Source of the DNA: a phage
Length of the DNA stretch: 64,000 nucleotides
Direction: 5' to 3' (one strand)
Assembly: GCA_009015555.1 (NCBI GenBank)
Contig: GCA_009015555.1_3613.1
A program made the translations under genes and the position numbers. Shown here one piece after another: positions 45,873-56,370 of the stretch. The notes under the pieces were generated by a model that worked only from the letters and a program-made list of their open reading frames with translations, ran no database searches and was not told where the DNA came from. Numbering within the stretch: the stretch's first letter is position 1; every line of letters begins with the position of its first letter.

Positions 45873-48317
45873 ATGGCAAGTGGAAACGTGATTGTCACCA
45901 AAACAGTCAACCGTACAACGTTTGAGGTGGACAAATCCTCGTATGCCCGGGCGGTCAAACAGATCCGTCAAGTTGGCAAAGAGTGGGAGAAGGCATCTGA
46001 TGCAATCTCTAAACCAAAGAAAGACCCGGCTAAAGCCTACGACAAATCAGCCCAGCAGATGCGCCTGGTGAATAAGCGCTTGGCAGAAACCCGCGCCCGT
46101 GAAGAGAAACGCGCCTCTGAACGCAGCATCGCGCTGGCCCGTCGAGAGGCGAAGGCCAAAGAAGCGATCGCCAAGGTATCCGCTGCTCGTATTAAGCAGC
46201 AGGTACAGCAGATGACCGCCCCTCGTGCCGGAATGAGCGAGATGAAGAAGTTCTACCAGCAGCAAGAGCGTGAGGCCAAGAAGGCTAACCGTAAAGCTAC
46301 GACTGGTATGAATGCAGCATCCCGTCCGATGAACGTTACCCGAATCAACTCTCTCCAACTGCCCCCTCGTGGTGGTCAGGGGACCGGAATGGTGGGTGAT
46401 CCGAATAAAGTTTACAACCCGGAATTGATCGCTGCCCAGAACCGTGCAATGGCAGGTCGAATCCGCAGTCAGTCTCAGGCCCAGGACCGCAGAACCAAGG
46501 CAGAGACACGCCGCAAGGCGGCTGAAGCGGCTCGTGCAGCCCGCATCGAAGATGTTATGGCACAACAGCGTATTCGTTTGTCATCCAAGTATGGCCGCAA
46601 CTATGCGGGCCGTCTTGGTGGAAATGCCGCTGGTCAAGGTATCCAAGATCTGAACCGTCAGTTCCGTACCGGGGCGCTGTCCGCCGGACAGTATCGCCAG
46701 AGTATTCAAGCACTGGAACGCCAGTTCCGTTCGGCACAGGCAAGTGCAGGCGGGTTTGGGGCCGTCATTGGAGACATCCGCTCCCAACTGTTGGGCGCAG
46801 GTGCAGCATACGGTGTATTTGCCGCAGGCGCAAGTGTTCTTCAACAAGGCCAGTTCTTCCAGGGTATGGATGCAACGATGACGATGGTTTCTGATTCATC
46901 CGAAGAAGCTGCAAAAAGAATCCAGTTCTTGAAGGATCAGGCTTATCGACTCGGATTGGATCTTAAAATCGCTTCTCAGGGCTACGTGCAGATGTCCGTC
47001 AACTCCGACGGTATCCTGAATAAGGCTCAGAACGATGAATTGTTCAAAGGCTTCTCTGAGTACGCAACGGCCCTTCAGGTTGACCCGGTTAAGTTCCAGC
47101 GTGGTATCACCGCGATCGGGCAGATGATGGGTAAAGGCCAGATCATGGCTGAAGAATTGAAAGGCCAGTTGGCTGAAGGTATCCCGGGTTCATTGCAGGT
47201 ATTCGTGAAGGCGTCTCAGGAAGCGTTCAACGACACCACCATCGACGTTGAAAAACTCATGGATATGATGCAGAAGGGTGAACTGAAAGCTGCCAAAGTT
47301 CTGCCATTCGTAGCCAAATACTTCGCCGAAGCTGCCCGTAACGGCGGCGCGTTGGATAAGGCATTGCAGAGCAACCGTGTGGCGATGCAACAGATGCAGC
47401 AGACGTGGGTTAACTTCCAGAACGCCATCTTCCAGGGTGGTTTCGGCGAGCAAATGACCCGTGTGTTCCGTGATCTCGCAACAATCCTTGATAGTAACGG
47501 TGAACTGGCAACCAACCTCGGGGCCTTCTTCGGCAATGTGATCGAGGGGTTCTGGGACATGGTTACAGAGATCCACGATGACTTCGTTCTGTTGGACCGT
47601 ATCGTCAGCTACTATGCTGAGAAACTCGGTTACCAAGGTGAACTCCTCAAGGATGTTTTCAACTGGGCAGGGTATGCAGTCGGCATGGCGATCTTCGTCG
47701 GCAGTCTCTACAAAATCTTCGGTATCCTTAGCAAAATCGCTGGACTGCGTGGTGCTCTTAAAGAGATCCGTGGTACAATGGGTGGCGATATGGGCGGAGG
47801 CCGTGGAGGAAGAGGTGGTAGAGGCGGACGTGGGGGCGGAGGCCGTGGAAATGGTTGGGGTGCTCCTCGCGGGGGTGGTGGATTCAAGCTGCCTGTTGTT
47901 CCTGGGCCGTGGCCTATGGTGGCAGGTATCCTTGGATGGAACTGGCTGAACGATGAGGAAGTTAACGCCAAAGCTCAGGCTGTAAATGAGTTCATGGCAC
48001 CTGCCCGTGCAACCCAGTCCCCTATCGAGCAAGCACTCACGGGGGACATGGGTCTCTTCATGAAGACAGCGTTCTACTCTTTGTTTGGTTCCAAGAAGGA
48101 AGCTCCAAGCACAACCATCGATCCTGAACGTTTGGTTACCGCTGGCGCTTCTGGGCCATATCCGGGGCCGTTCCCAATCAATCAGCCTCCTCAAAAGGTT
48201 GAGGGCAACGTGACCATCGAGATCAAGGCTGGCGAATTGAAGAACATGATTCGTGCCGTTGTTGATGAGAACAACCAGTTCAACTTCAACATGCTCATCC
48301 AGGGTGGGCCTAACTAA
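45873..48317 (+). CDS. Tail tape measure protein
   Basis: 814-aa largely alpha-helical/Ala-Gln-Arg-rich protein following chaperone pair; RBS GGAGGAGG; contains Gly-Arg-rich RGG segment. Confidence 0.72.
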   Translation: MASGNVIVTKTVNRTTFEVDKSSYARAVKQIRQVGKEWEKASDAISKPKKDPAKAYDKSAQQMRLVNKRLAETRAREEKRASERSIALARREAKAKEAIAKVSAARIKQQVQQMTAPRAGMSEMKKFYQQQEREAKKANRKATTGMNAASRPMNVTRINSLQLPPRGGQGTGMVGDPNKVYNPELIAAQNRAMAGRIRSQSQAQDRRTKAETRRKAAEAARAARIEDVMAQQRIRLSSKYGRNYAGRLGGNAAGQGIQDLNRQFRTGALSAGQYRQSIQALERQFRSAQASAGGFGAVIGDIRSQLLGAGAAYGVFAAGASVLQQGQFFQGMDATMTMVSDSSEEAAKRIQFLKDQAYRLGLDLKIASQGYVQMSVNSDGILNKAQNDELFKGFSEYATALQVDPVKFQRGITAIGQMMGKGQIMAEELKGQLAEGIPGSLQVFVKASQEAFNDTTIDVEKLMDMMQKGELKAAKVLPFVAKYFAEAARNGGALDKALQSNRVAMQQMQQTWVNFQNAIFQGGFGEQMTRVFRDLATILDSNGELATNLGAFFGNVIEGFWDMVTEIHDDFVLLDRIVSYYAEKLGYQGELLKDVFNWAGYAVGMAIFVGSLYKIFGILSKIAGLRGALKEIRGTMGGDMGGGRGGRGGRGGRGGGGRGNGWGAPRGGGGFKLPVVPGPWPMVAGILGWNWLNDEEVNAKAQAVNEFMAPARATQSPIEQALTGDMGLFMKTAFYSLFGSKKEAPSTTIDPERLVTAGASGPYPGPFPINQPPQKVEGNVTIEIKAGELKNMIRAVVDENNQFNFNMLIQGGPN

Positions 48318-48318
48318 T

Positions 48319-48346
48319 CAAGGGGGCTTCGGCCCCCTTTTTTATT
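48319..48346 (+). terminator. Rho-independent terminator
   Basis: aagggggcttcggccccctt followed by ttttatt. Confidence 0.65.
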
Positions 48347-48386
48347 GCCTGCATTCATGCTAAAATACTAGCACAGGAGGACTTTT

Positions 48387-49250
48387 ATGGCAAGTTACGA
48401 AAACGGTGTTTACGTTCCGTCAACGGAACAAGAGAAGAAAATGAAGGAGGCCGTTGACGACTGGCGGGCTGGAGTCGATCGGAAGGAAAAGGCGGTTTCT
48501 AACGCCAAGGCACGTGAAGACATTCAGTACACCATGTTCGTTTCCGGACTGCGCCGTGGACGGTTGAACGAGTTCGAGAGCAAAAACCAGACAGATGACC
48601 TGGCAATCCTCTTCGACTCAGTTACCAACCATAGTTACACAAAGGACTACAACAAGTCAAGCTATGCGGTGGAGTCAAAGGCAAAAGCCTCTGACCACGT
48701 AACAACGCAGGATGGCAAGTTTACGTTCTCTGGCACAGTTACCGACTCCCCTTACTTGATTGACCCTCGGAACATGATTGATCGGGACACAGATAAGGAA
48801 AACCCGATGCTTGCCCGCCGCCCGGCGAAGGCCATCGAGATTCTCGAACTGATTGCCGACTCACACCAGCTTGTAACTCTCGTCACCGAGGACAATATCC
48901 TCAGTAATTATGTTATCACCAACTTCCAAGTGGATCGTAGTTCAGAGACAGGATCTTCAATCAACGTGCAGGTTACGTTGGAAGAGTTCCGCTTCAAGAT
49001 GGTTAACAAGACCGTAATGGCTCGTACTTCTGACCCCAAGAAGGCTAAAAACGCCAACACCGGGACGAAGCAAACGGCTGAAGGTGGCGCGGTGGATGAC
49101 AGTGCGAAGCAGAAGCGTCAAACACCGTATATCGGGAAGAATGCTGAAACAAAAGAGCGCTGGGAAAACGCAGCTATCGGTACTACTGATTTCGGCGGGA
49201 AGCCGGGGGCGAAGCTACCGTTTGACCCATCTGACCTGATGAGGAAGTAA
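48387..49250 (+). CDS. tail/baseplate protein (putative, 287 aa)
   Basis: First gene after tape measure. Confidence 0.4.
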   Translation: MASYENGVYVPSTEQEKKMKEAVDDWRAGVDRKEKAVSNAKAREDIQYTMFVSGLRRGRLNEFESKNQTDDLAILFDSVTNHSYTKDYNKSSYAVESKAKASDHVTTQDGKFTFSGTVTDSPYLIDPRNMIDRDTDKENPMLARRPAKAIEILELIADSHQLVTLVTEDNILSNYVITNFQVDRSSETGSSINVQVTLEEFRFKMVNKTVMARTSDPKKAKNANTGTKQTAEGGAVDDSAKQKRQTPYIGKNAETKERWENAAIGTTDFGGKPGAKLPFDPSDLMRK

Positions 49251-49252
49251 TT

Positions 49253-49627
49253 TTGGCTAACACTACAGAACGTACTGTGGTTCGGACCTTTGACTTTGAG
49301 TTGAGTGGCTATCCGGACGAAACATTCCGTGTGGTATTGGACTCCGTGACTTACGAACTCCGATTCATGTGGAATGAACGAGATGACTCATGGTTCATGT
49401 CTTTGGGGGATGTCGGTGCCCAGCGCCCAACCATTACCTCTAAACTGACCTGCTACTCTGACATCTTGGCCCCTTACCGCTATCTTGACAACGTACCTAA
49501 TGGCAACCTTTACCTCTGGCCCCTTGGGGACATCAGAACCCGGGCTGGACGTTTTAACATCGGCCCCCTTAAAGGTATCCAGATGACCTATTCGTCCCTT
49601 ATTGAGGACGTGGAGGATATTGAATAA
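49253..49627 (+). CDS. baseplate-region hypothetical protein (124 aa)
   Basis: Alternative (TTG) start per ORF track; position. Confidence 0.35.
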   Translation: MANTTERTVVRTFDFELSGYPDETFRVVLDSVTYELRFMWNERDDSWFMSLGDVGAQRPTITSKLTCYSDILAPYRYLDNVPNGNLYLWPLGDIRTRAGRFNIGPLKGIQMTYSSLIEDVEDIE

Positions 49628-50619
49628 TGCGAGCTATGGAGAGGACTTATACCCTGGTGATTGGTCGTCCGGTGGTTATCGGCGAGAAGCCCGTTAACAT
49701 CGAGAAGTTTGCCAACACCAGTAAAGGTGATGCCTACGAGATCAAAGACCTCCACATTGAATTTAATGTGAAGAAGGATAACTCGAAGGAACCCAACAAA
49801 GGATACGTCACAGTTTACAACTTGTCAGATGAGGTTGTCAACTATCTCTCTGTAAACCAGCGTGAATCTCTTGCGGTTATGCTTCATGCGGGTTACAACG
49901 GTGACGAAAAGCTGATCTTCTCAGGGACAGTGGAGTATGTAGAGGACGACTTCCCAGAAGAAACGCGAACAACAAAGTTCATTCTCGGCGACGGTACATT
50001 GAACCTGACAACTGCGACCACAGCGCGGTCTTACCGCAAAGGGACTCCTATCAACAGCGTACTCAATGACCTGATTGCTGATTTGAAACTGCCAAAGGGT
50101 CGTGTGATTGACTTTGGTAATCAGACTCTGCAAACCTCTATGGCCTTTACAGGTAACGCTTCCCAGAACCTTGCCAATTTGGCGAAGAATACAGGATCTA
50201 CGTTCTCTGTGCAAGACGGCGCGGTGTATTGGACGAAAGAAGGTTCTCGTTTCAACAACGTGATGTTTGAGATTTCCGAAGAGGGCGGGATGGTTGGCAC
50301 ACCGACACCGAAACAACCATCATCCTCTAAAAAGCTGATTAAGGCTAAAGCTAAGGCCAAGGCGGACGCGGCGGAGGGTAAAAAACCCAAAGCTCCGTCG
50401 AAGAAGAAGAAAGAGCACGACATCAAGGAAGATGTGGGGATGACAGTCTCAACCCTCCTGAATGGTGCGATCCTACCTGAATCGACGGTCTATCTCAACA
50501 CTCGCTACCACAAAGGCTTCTACAAAGTTGCCGAGTTGACGCACAGAGGTGGCTACGAAACCGGGGATTGGATTACCGAACTTGGCCTGGTGGAAACACG
50601 TGGCGAATTGATCAAATAA
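49627..50619 (+). CDS. baseplate hub-like protein (putative)
   Basis: Position upstream of spike-like gene; Lys-rich linker. Confidence 0.4.
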   Translation: MRAMERTYTLVIGRPVVIGEKPVNIEKFANTSKGDAYEIKDLHIEFNVKKDNSKEPNKGYVTVYNLSDEVVNYLSVNQRESLAVMLHAGYNGDEKLIFSGTVEYVEDDFPEETRTTKFILGDGTLNLTTATTARSYRKGTPINSVLNDLIADLKLPKGRVIDFGNQTLQTSMAFTGNASQNLANLAKNTGSTFSVQDGAVYWTKEGSRFNNVMFEISEEGGMVGTPTPKQPSSSKKLIKAKAKAKADAAEGKKPKAPSKKKKEHDIKEDVGMTVSTLLNGAILPESTVYLNTRYHKGFYKVAELTHRGGYETGDWITELGLVETRGELIK

Positions 50620-50628
50620 GGAGTTGAC

Positions 50629-51372
50629 GTGGCATACGCTGACCGCTATGATGCAGCATTTGGAATTTACATTTCCCGATTCCTGCGTAATAACGTCCAC
50701 ACGAACATTCGTGGGAAGGTGGTTGGGGTGAACTACAGTGGGCCGTCTGTTGATGTTCAACCGATGGCCTACACAGAGTTCCCTTCTGGAACCACAGACC
50801 GATACCCGGTTATTTATGATGTCCCTGTCCTGTTGCCGTCAGGCGCAGGGGGTAAGGCCCGCCTGACCATGCCGATTAAGCCCGGCGACGTGGTAGGTCT
50901 CTCCTTCTCTGAGCGGAACGAGGGGGACAATAACGATCAGAACACTCACCAACTGTTTGCCGGGTGGGCCGTCACCCAGATCTTCACCGATGGCAACTCA
51001 AAGGCGATTCATCCAGACAACGTTGTCTTGGAGAACGATAAAGCCATTATCACCCTGAAGCCTAACGGGGACACTTCCCTTCAGAACCCCAAGGTTACTG
51101 TGGAAGCCCTTGCGGACGGCAACGTCAAGATCAGTAATGGCACCGGGGAGTTCACCATGAGTCCTTCCGGGGAGATCAAGGGCGGAAACAAAGGAGGGTC
51201 ATTCACCCTTCAGTCCTCTGGGCAGTTGATGTGTAACGGAGCACGGATCACCACCTCTGGAAGAATCATTACTGCCAATGGTGTTGACATGGACGACTTC
51301 TATCAGAAGTATATGTCCCACACCCACGGCGGCGTAGAGCGCGGCGGTGATAACACCAATCCGCCGAACTAA
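50629..51372 (+). CDS. Baseplate central spike-like protein (gpV/gp5-like) with C-terminal HxH motif
   Basis: Gly-rich beta-rich sequence ending ...YMSHTHGGVERGG, resembling apex metal-binding HxH of spike proteins. Confidence 0.45.
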   Translation: MAYADRYDAAFGIYISRFLRNNVHTNIRGKVVGVNYSGPSVDVQPMAYTEFPSGTTDRYPVIYDVPVLLPSGAGGKARLTMPIKPGDVVGLSFSERNEGDNNDQNTHQLFAGWAVTQIFTDGNSKAIHPDNVVLENDKAIITLKPNGDTSLQNPKVTVEALADGNVKISNGTGEFTMSPSGEIKGGNKGGSFTLQSSGQLMCNGARITTSGRIITANGVDMDDFYQKYMSHTHGGVERGGDNTNPPN

Positions 51373-51380
51373 GGAGAATC

Positions 51381-51914
51381 ATGGCTACTCAGTTTAAAGA
51401 CCTGCTCCTCGATCCCTTGACCGGGGATCTGGACTTCGGAACCCCGGGAGACCGGGGCATGAGACTGGCTCTTACGAACCAACTGTCCCTGCGCCAGCGC
51501 CTGTATTTGCGTTTCGCAATTTGGGCAGGGGATTGGTACTTTGACGAAACATTCGGATTCCCTTACCGGACCTTCATTGGCAAGAAAACGGTAAAGGCAG
51601 TCCTCGACGGAAGGATCAAGTCGGAGGTTCGGCAAGAGCCGGATGTTCTTCAAATCACCGACTTCCAGTCAACGATGGATGTGGTTGGTCGTTCGTATAA
51701 GTGCTTCTTCACCGTGGTGACTGCCGAAGGTGAAGAGATCAACTTGGCGTTCGTTGGTGAGGACCAGTACCAATATCCTACACCACCGGAGAGCAACGTG
51801 CAACTTTGCGGTGACGAAGGCGTCATCATCAATTTCAAAAACAAACTGTACTACCTTATTAACTTCCAACTGCCGAAATACGGTGACAGTACGTGGGTTA
51901 ATACTTGGAAATGA
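51381..51914 (+). CDS. baseplate protein (putative, 177 aa)
   Basis: Position. Confidence 0.35.
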   Translation: MATQFKDLLLDPLTGDLDFGTPGDRGMRLALTNQLSLRQRLYLRFAIWAGDWYFDETFGFPYRTFIGKKTVKAVLDGRIKSEVRQEPDVLQITDFQSTMDVVGRSYKCFFTVVTAEGEEINLAFVGEDQYQYPTPPESNVQLCGDEGVIINFKNKLYYLINFQLPKYGDSTWVNTWK

Positions 51915-51915
51915 C

Positions 51916-51944
51916 AAAGGGAGCCTCTGGCTCCCTTTTCTTTT
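51916..51944 (+). terminator. Rho-independent terminator
   Basis: gggagcctctggctccc followed by ttttctttt. Confidence 0.6.
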
Positions 51945-51952
51945 AATTCTCA

Positions 51953-53488
51953 GTGGAATATGATAAAATACGCTTATCGCCTAATTTAAGCGCAGGAGGA
52001 GTAATGGCGGAGAATTACGGTTTGACAGGCAGCGGATTTAACCTCCCGCCGATGGACGACCTTGTTCAGGAAACGAAGAAGACTTTCAAGTCCGCCTTTG
52101 GTGAAGATTTCAACACCGAGAGCAACTCCGTTGCCGACAAGCTGATTCAGATTTTTAACGAGCGAGAGTATCAACTCTGGCTCCTGATGGGTTCTGTTTA
52201 CTACGCCCAGACCATGCAGGGTGCCGAAGGCATTTACCTGGATGACCTCTTGGGCAAGCGCGGTATCTACCGCCTCGGCAAGACCCGCAGTACCGGGACA
52301 GTCGTGATGACGATCGACTCCTCAGTCCCGTATAACATGATTTATTCCGCCGCTACTTATACAATCGACACCGATTATGAACTGTCTTCTGACGTTCAGG
52401 TAGCAGGTAATATTGTGGCCCAGCTTATTAAGGGTACTGATTTGTCAGTCGGAACTTACCGCCTGCAAATTCAGAACACAACCGACCAGTCTGTAAAAAC
52501 CCTCTCCCTGAATTTGACCGCGACCTCTGGTCAGCCCTTGATGACATTCTTCGGGCAGATCAAGGACTTTATCGTGAACAACACGATCCTGTCCAACCAA
52601 GATCGTATCTGGATCGATTCCACAGAGGGTGCGCTGTACATCGGTTATGATACTAACAAGAACATGATCGGCTTGTCAAGTCGCGTGGACTTCCGTACTA
52701 ACCCGATGGCTGGCACTCGCAGCATCTCTATGGATGTTCGCTCAATTGAACCGGGCTACATTTCCCGTGATGTCCATTCTGTCCGTAGCATCAACCCGAC
52801 CCCGGGTGGATTTGTTGATATTGATAACCTGTCTGCGTTTATCGACGGCTCTGATGTTGAGTCAGATAACGAATACCGCATCCGTGCAGCGACCTCCATC
52901 AACGAGGGCAAAGCAACCCGCCCGGCGATCCTTGCAGCGTTGCTGAACAAGGTGGAAGGTATCGAGAAGGTTCGTATCTTTAACAACAACACGGACAAGA
53001 CAAACAGTCTTGGAATCCCGCCCTATCGTTTCATGACTGTGTGTTATGGTGGCGGTACTGCTGAGATCAGTCAGGTTCTTTACGACACGATTGCAGCCTC
53101 TAACAACACGTATGGAGACACCTTCTACGATATCACCACAGAAGATGACCAAGTGGAACGTATTTGGCACACCAAGGCCACTGCCCGGCAGTTGGCTATT
53201 CGTGTTCGGTATCGAGGACGACCACTCTCCGTGACAGAGGAAACAACGATTGCCAATGGTTTGGCGACGGCTGTTAATGGAACGATGATTGCGGGCACCC
53301 TGTACAACGTTCGCTTGGTGGGCACTGTGATGAGTTCTACCTCTCCGGACCGTTTCACACAGGTCTATGTGGACATCAAAAACAAGGGCGAGCCGGATTC
53401 AGCATACGTTAACACTGACGTTACCGCAGGGACTACGCAGGTATTCTCCTTGGAGCCGGAAGACGTAATTTTCAGCCAGATTGTGTAA
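51953..53488 (+). CDS. baseplate wedge protein (J-like, putative, 511 aa)
   Basis: Size and position in baseplate cluster. Confidence 0.45.
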   Translation: MEYDKIRLSPNLSAGGVMAENYGLTGSGFNLPPMDDLVQETKKTFKSAFGEDFNTESNSVADKLIQIFNEREYQLWLLMGSVYYAQTMQGAEGIYLDDLLGKRGIYRLGKTRSTGTVVMTIDSSVPYNMIYSAATYTIDTDYELSSDVQVAGNIVAQLIKGTDLSVGTYRLQIQNTTDQSVKTLSLNLTATSGQPLMTFFGQIKDFIVNNTILSNQDRIWIDSTEGALYIGYDTNKNMIGLSSRVDFRTNPMAGTRSISMDVRSIEPGYISRDVHSVRSINPTPGGFVDIDNLSAFIDGSDVESDNEYRIRAATSINEGKATRPAILAALLNKVEGIEKVRIFNNNTDKTNSLGIPPYRFMTVCYGGGTAEISQVLYDTIAASNNTYGDTFYDITTEDDQVERIWHTKATARQLAIRVRYRGRPLSVTEETTIANGLATAVNGTMIAGTLYNVRLVGTVMSSTSPDRFTQVYVDIKNKGEPDSAYVNTDVTAGTTQVFSLEPEDVIFSQIV

Positions 53489-53497
53489 GGAGCTAAG

Positions 53498-54142
53498 ATG
53501 GCAGAGGAAATTGTACTGAAGGATGTTAACCACATCCACCCTCTGCCGGATTTCGTGAAGGGAGGTTTTGATTACGTCCCTTCCGATATTTTCACAGGCA
53601 AAGAGAACTTCGAGAAGACCCTCCGGATCTTGTTGGAGCGCCTTGAGTATATCGACCAAAAGATGGTTGAACTTGCTGAACTGCGTACCACATTGAACGC
53701 AGAAGACGCCATCCTTGACGAAATCGGCAGACAGTTGGGCATTTACCGTAACGGCCTGAATGACCCCGAGTACCGTGCTGTTATTATGATCTTGACCGGG
53801 AACAACTCCAAGAGCGGGACCCGCGCCGATATCATTGCCACCCTGAAGCAACTCTTCGGGGAAGACGGAGTTACGACCTACAAGGGGCACAACTACCGTC
53901 TCGATATTAACATTTTCAATACCTGTATGGAAGTCACCGACATCCTGCCGGAGATCATCGACATGCTTCCCTTGGTCACTCACCTCCGTGTGGTTGAGAA
54001 CCAGGGTTACCCATTCGGTTTCAACGGTGACGCACAGGCATTTGGGTTCGCATCGGTTTATGACTCAGAGCGTACCGGGGCAGGTGGCATGTCCACCCTA
54101 ATTTATGTATCGGACGACGAGGAAGACTGGTCGTTCACGTGA
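53498..54142 (+). CDS. baseplate/tail protein (I-like, putative)
   Basis: Position following J-like gene. Confidence 0.4.
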   Translation: MAEEIVLKDVNHIHPLPDFVKGGFDYVPSDIFTGKENFEKTLRILLERLEYIDQKMVELAELRTTLNAEDAILDEIGRQLGIYRNGLNDPEYRAVIMILTGNNSKSGTRADIIATLKQLFGEDGVTTYKGHNYRLDINIFNTCMEVTDILPEIIDMLPLVTHLRVVENQGYPFGFNGDAQAFGFASVYDSERTGAGGMSTLIYVSDDEEDWSFT

Positions 54143-54152
54143 GGAGATTTTC

Positions 54153-55808
54153 ATGGCTAAACCAAAGGACCCTATTTACGTTTGGGCTGCTGCCGACGTA
54201 AACCTTCCAGGCACGGGTCGTCCTAACAAATCAAAACCTATTGACGACTTGCTCGCCAAGGGTTACGATAAAGGACAAAAGCCAGCAGCAGAAGAGTTCA
54301 ACTATATCCTGAATATGTCCTCTGCCTGGGTTAACTGGATCGTCAACGAGAAGTTTCCAGAGCTTGAGGCAGAAATCGCCCGGCTCTTGGCAGAACTTGA
54401 AAACCGCATCAACCAGCAGTTGGCTGTTATCCGTCAGGATATTGCCCAACTGAAGCAAGATGTCGCAGACCTTCGTCGGTATGTCGATCAGAAGGTTCAA
54501 GAACTGAAGCAAGAAATCCAAGGCGTCCGAAACGACCTGAACAAACTGCGTCAAGACTTTGATGCTGCGATTGCTCAAGTCAACGGACGAATTGATGACC
54601 TTGAGCCACGCCTTGTTCCAATCGGTGCCGTTATCCCTTGGCCTGGGGCTACAGTCCCTAACGGCTGGTTGGAGTGTAACGGCCAGGTGTTTAATACCGG
54701 GACAAACCCTAAGCTGTATGGAGTCTTGGGGCGTAACGTTGTTCCTGACTACCGTGGTCTCTTCCTGCGCGGCTGGGCACACGGCTCCGGTGCTAACGAT
54801 CCTGATGCTGGTCGTGCTCTCGGTTCTGTTCAGGGTGACGCCATCCGTAACATCACGGGTTACTTCCCTGCGGATATCGGTCAGTCAGGCTGGATCGGTC
54901 GTTACGTTGGTGGTGTGTTCCGGGACGATGGCGCACTGACCTCTGGTGACCAAGGATCTCGTAGTGGTGAAGTACGTAAGTATAGCCTCGATGCTTCCCG
55001 CCAGGTCCCAACGGCCCCGGAAAACCGTCCGAAGAACGTCGCGGTTATGTACATCATCAAGACTGACCAGGCACAATCCTCCGGAGGCAACTCACCAACG
55101 GCGATCGTCGTCTCTCCAGACACAATCACCAACCGTGTAGGATACACCGTCAAAGCGACTGCGAGTGTACTCCCTGCTTCCATCGCAGGTCAATACCCTG
55201 TAACATGGTCTACTCAAAATGCTGCGGTGGCAACGGTTGATGGTTCTGGCAACATCCGCCTTGTAGGGCCGGGTGAAACCAACATCATCGCTTCCATCTC
55301 TACCGGGATGAACGTAGCGATCCGTGTGACGAGCTATTCTGTTCTGACCAGCATCTCCATTGCTGATCCGGGCCAGATTCCGGTCACAGAATCGAAGATG
55401 CTGGTTGTTACCAAAAACCCGGGGAGCGCGAACGAACCTCTGCAATTCCTGTCAAATAACTCCGGTGTTGCGACTGTGAACGACGCAGGTTACGTAACTG
55501 GTGTTTCCCCGGGAAGTGCCACAATCACGGTTCGTGGTACTCTTTCCGGAGTGTCATCAACTCGTTCAGTGACTATTATCCCTGAGCAAGTGGAGGAGAG
55601 CGTACAGGACAACCGTCTCGGTGCGGTAGGATCTTACATCCCACCCGGCAACGAAATCAGTTGGACTTTCCAAGCCCCTCAAGGTTGTGCTCTGACAGGT
55701 ATCATCGTACAAGACGTCGGGTCCAACTCCGCCGACAACATCGGTGGTGTTTATTACAAACCGATCCAGAAGAAAGTTAACGGCGTCTGGGTCACGATCA
55801 CGGGGTAA
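54153..55808 (+). CDS. Tail fibre protein with coiled-coil, tail-collar-like and Ig-like regions
   Basis: RBS GAGGAG; heptad region LAELENRINQQLAVIRQDIAQLKQDVADLRR; IPWPGATVPNGWLECNGQ...PDYRGLFLRGW resembles phage tail-collar domain. Confidence 0.62.
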   Translation: MAKPKDPIYVWAAADVNLPGTGRPNKSKPIDDLLAKGYDKGQKPAAEEFNYILNMSSAWVNWIVNEKFPELEAEIARLLAELENRINQQLAVIRQDIAQLKQDVADLRRYVDQKVQELKQEIQGVRNDLNKLRQDFDAAIAQVNGRIDDLEPRLVPIGAVIPWPGATVPNGWLECNGQVFNTGTNPKLYGVLGRNVVPDYRGLFLRGWAHGSGANDPDAGRALGSVQGDAIRNITGYFPADIGQSGWIGRYVGGVFRDDGALTSGDQGSRSGEVRKYSLDASRQVPTAPENRPKNVAVMYIIKTDQAQSSGGNSPTAIVVSPDTITNRVGYTVKATASVLPASIAGQYPVTWSTQNAAVATVDGSGNIRLVGPGETNIIASISTGMNVAIRVTSYSVLTSISIADPGQIPVTESKMLVVTKNPGSANEPLQFLSNNSGVATVNDAGYVTGVSPGSATITVRGTLSGVSSTRSVTIIPEQVEESVQDNRLGAVGSYIPPGNEISWTFQAPQGCALTGIIVQDVGSNSADNIGGVYYKPIQKKVNGVWVTITG

Positions 55809-55813
55809 TTAAC

Positions 55814-56329
55814 ATGCGTATGAATAACTTCAAACACTACAACCCGAAGGCGAAAGCCTTCGGGGACGGTGTTCAATATTTTTCTGATGACAAGGGCCGT
55901 GATTTTTACGAGAGTCTCGGCCTGTTTACCAAGAAATATGCGGTCCTTTTCGATGAGTTCGGAATGGTCCGCTTCTTGGTCAAGTCTGTGGATATTTCTA
56001 TGACTTATCCATTGGGCCTGTCTATTTCTGACCTGAACAGCATCCCAAAGGACTTCGACATCATGAAGGGGCCTTGGATGTTCGATGGGAAGAAAATTAC
56101 CAAGGTGGACTTCGACTTGGCTATCGGAACTGCCAAGCGTAAGAAAGCCATCATGGGGTCTCTGTCCAGCCAGATCACACCATTGGCTGATGCAGTGGGA
56201 CTGGGTGAAGCAACAGAAGAGGAGATTGAGAAATATAATGCTCTTCTGAAACTTCGTGTTAAGCTAAATCGGATCTCTGATGACACTCCCGCGAGTGAAA
56301 TTGATTGGTCTGAGTTCACCGCTGCATAA
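55814..56329 (+). CDS. hypothetical protein, possible tail fibre assembly (171 aa)
   Basis: Position immediately after fibre gene. Confidence 0.38.
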   Translation: MRMNNFKHYNPKAKAFGDGVQYFSDDKGRDFYESLGLFTKKYAVLFDEFGMVRFLVKSVDISMTYPLGLSISDLNSIPKDFDIMKGPWMFDGKKITKVDFDLAIGTAKRKKAIMGSLSSQITPLADAVGLGEATEEEIEKYNALLKLRVKLNRISDDTPASEIDWSEFTAA

Positions 56330-56370
56330 CCTTTCAGGCCGGGTATTTGCCCGGCCCCAGGAGAACACAC

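Noticed and set aside
47190-48194. 334-aa and other minus-strand ORFs (including a Pro-rich one at 47708-47971) inside the tape measure gene
   Set aside because: Antisense to the tape measure gene; the Pro-rich translation is the reverse reading of the Gly-Arg-rich segment
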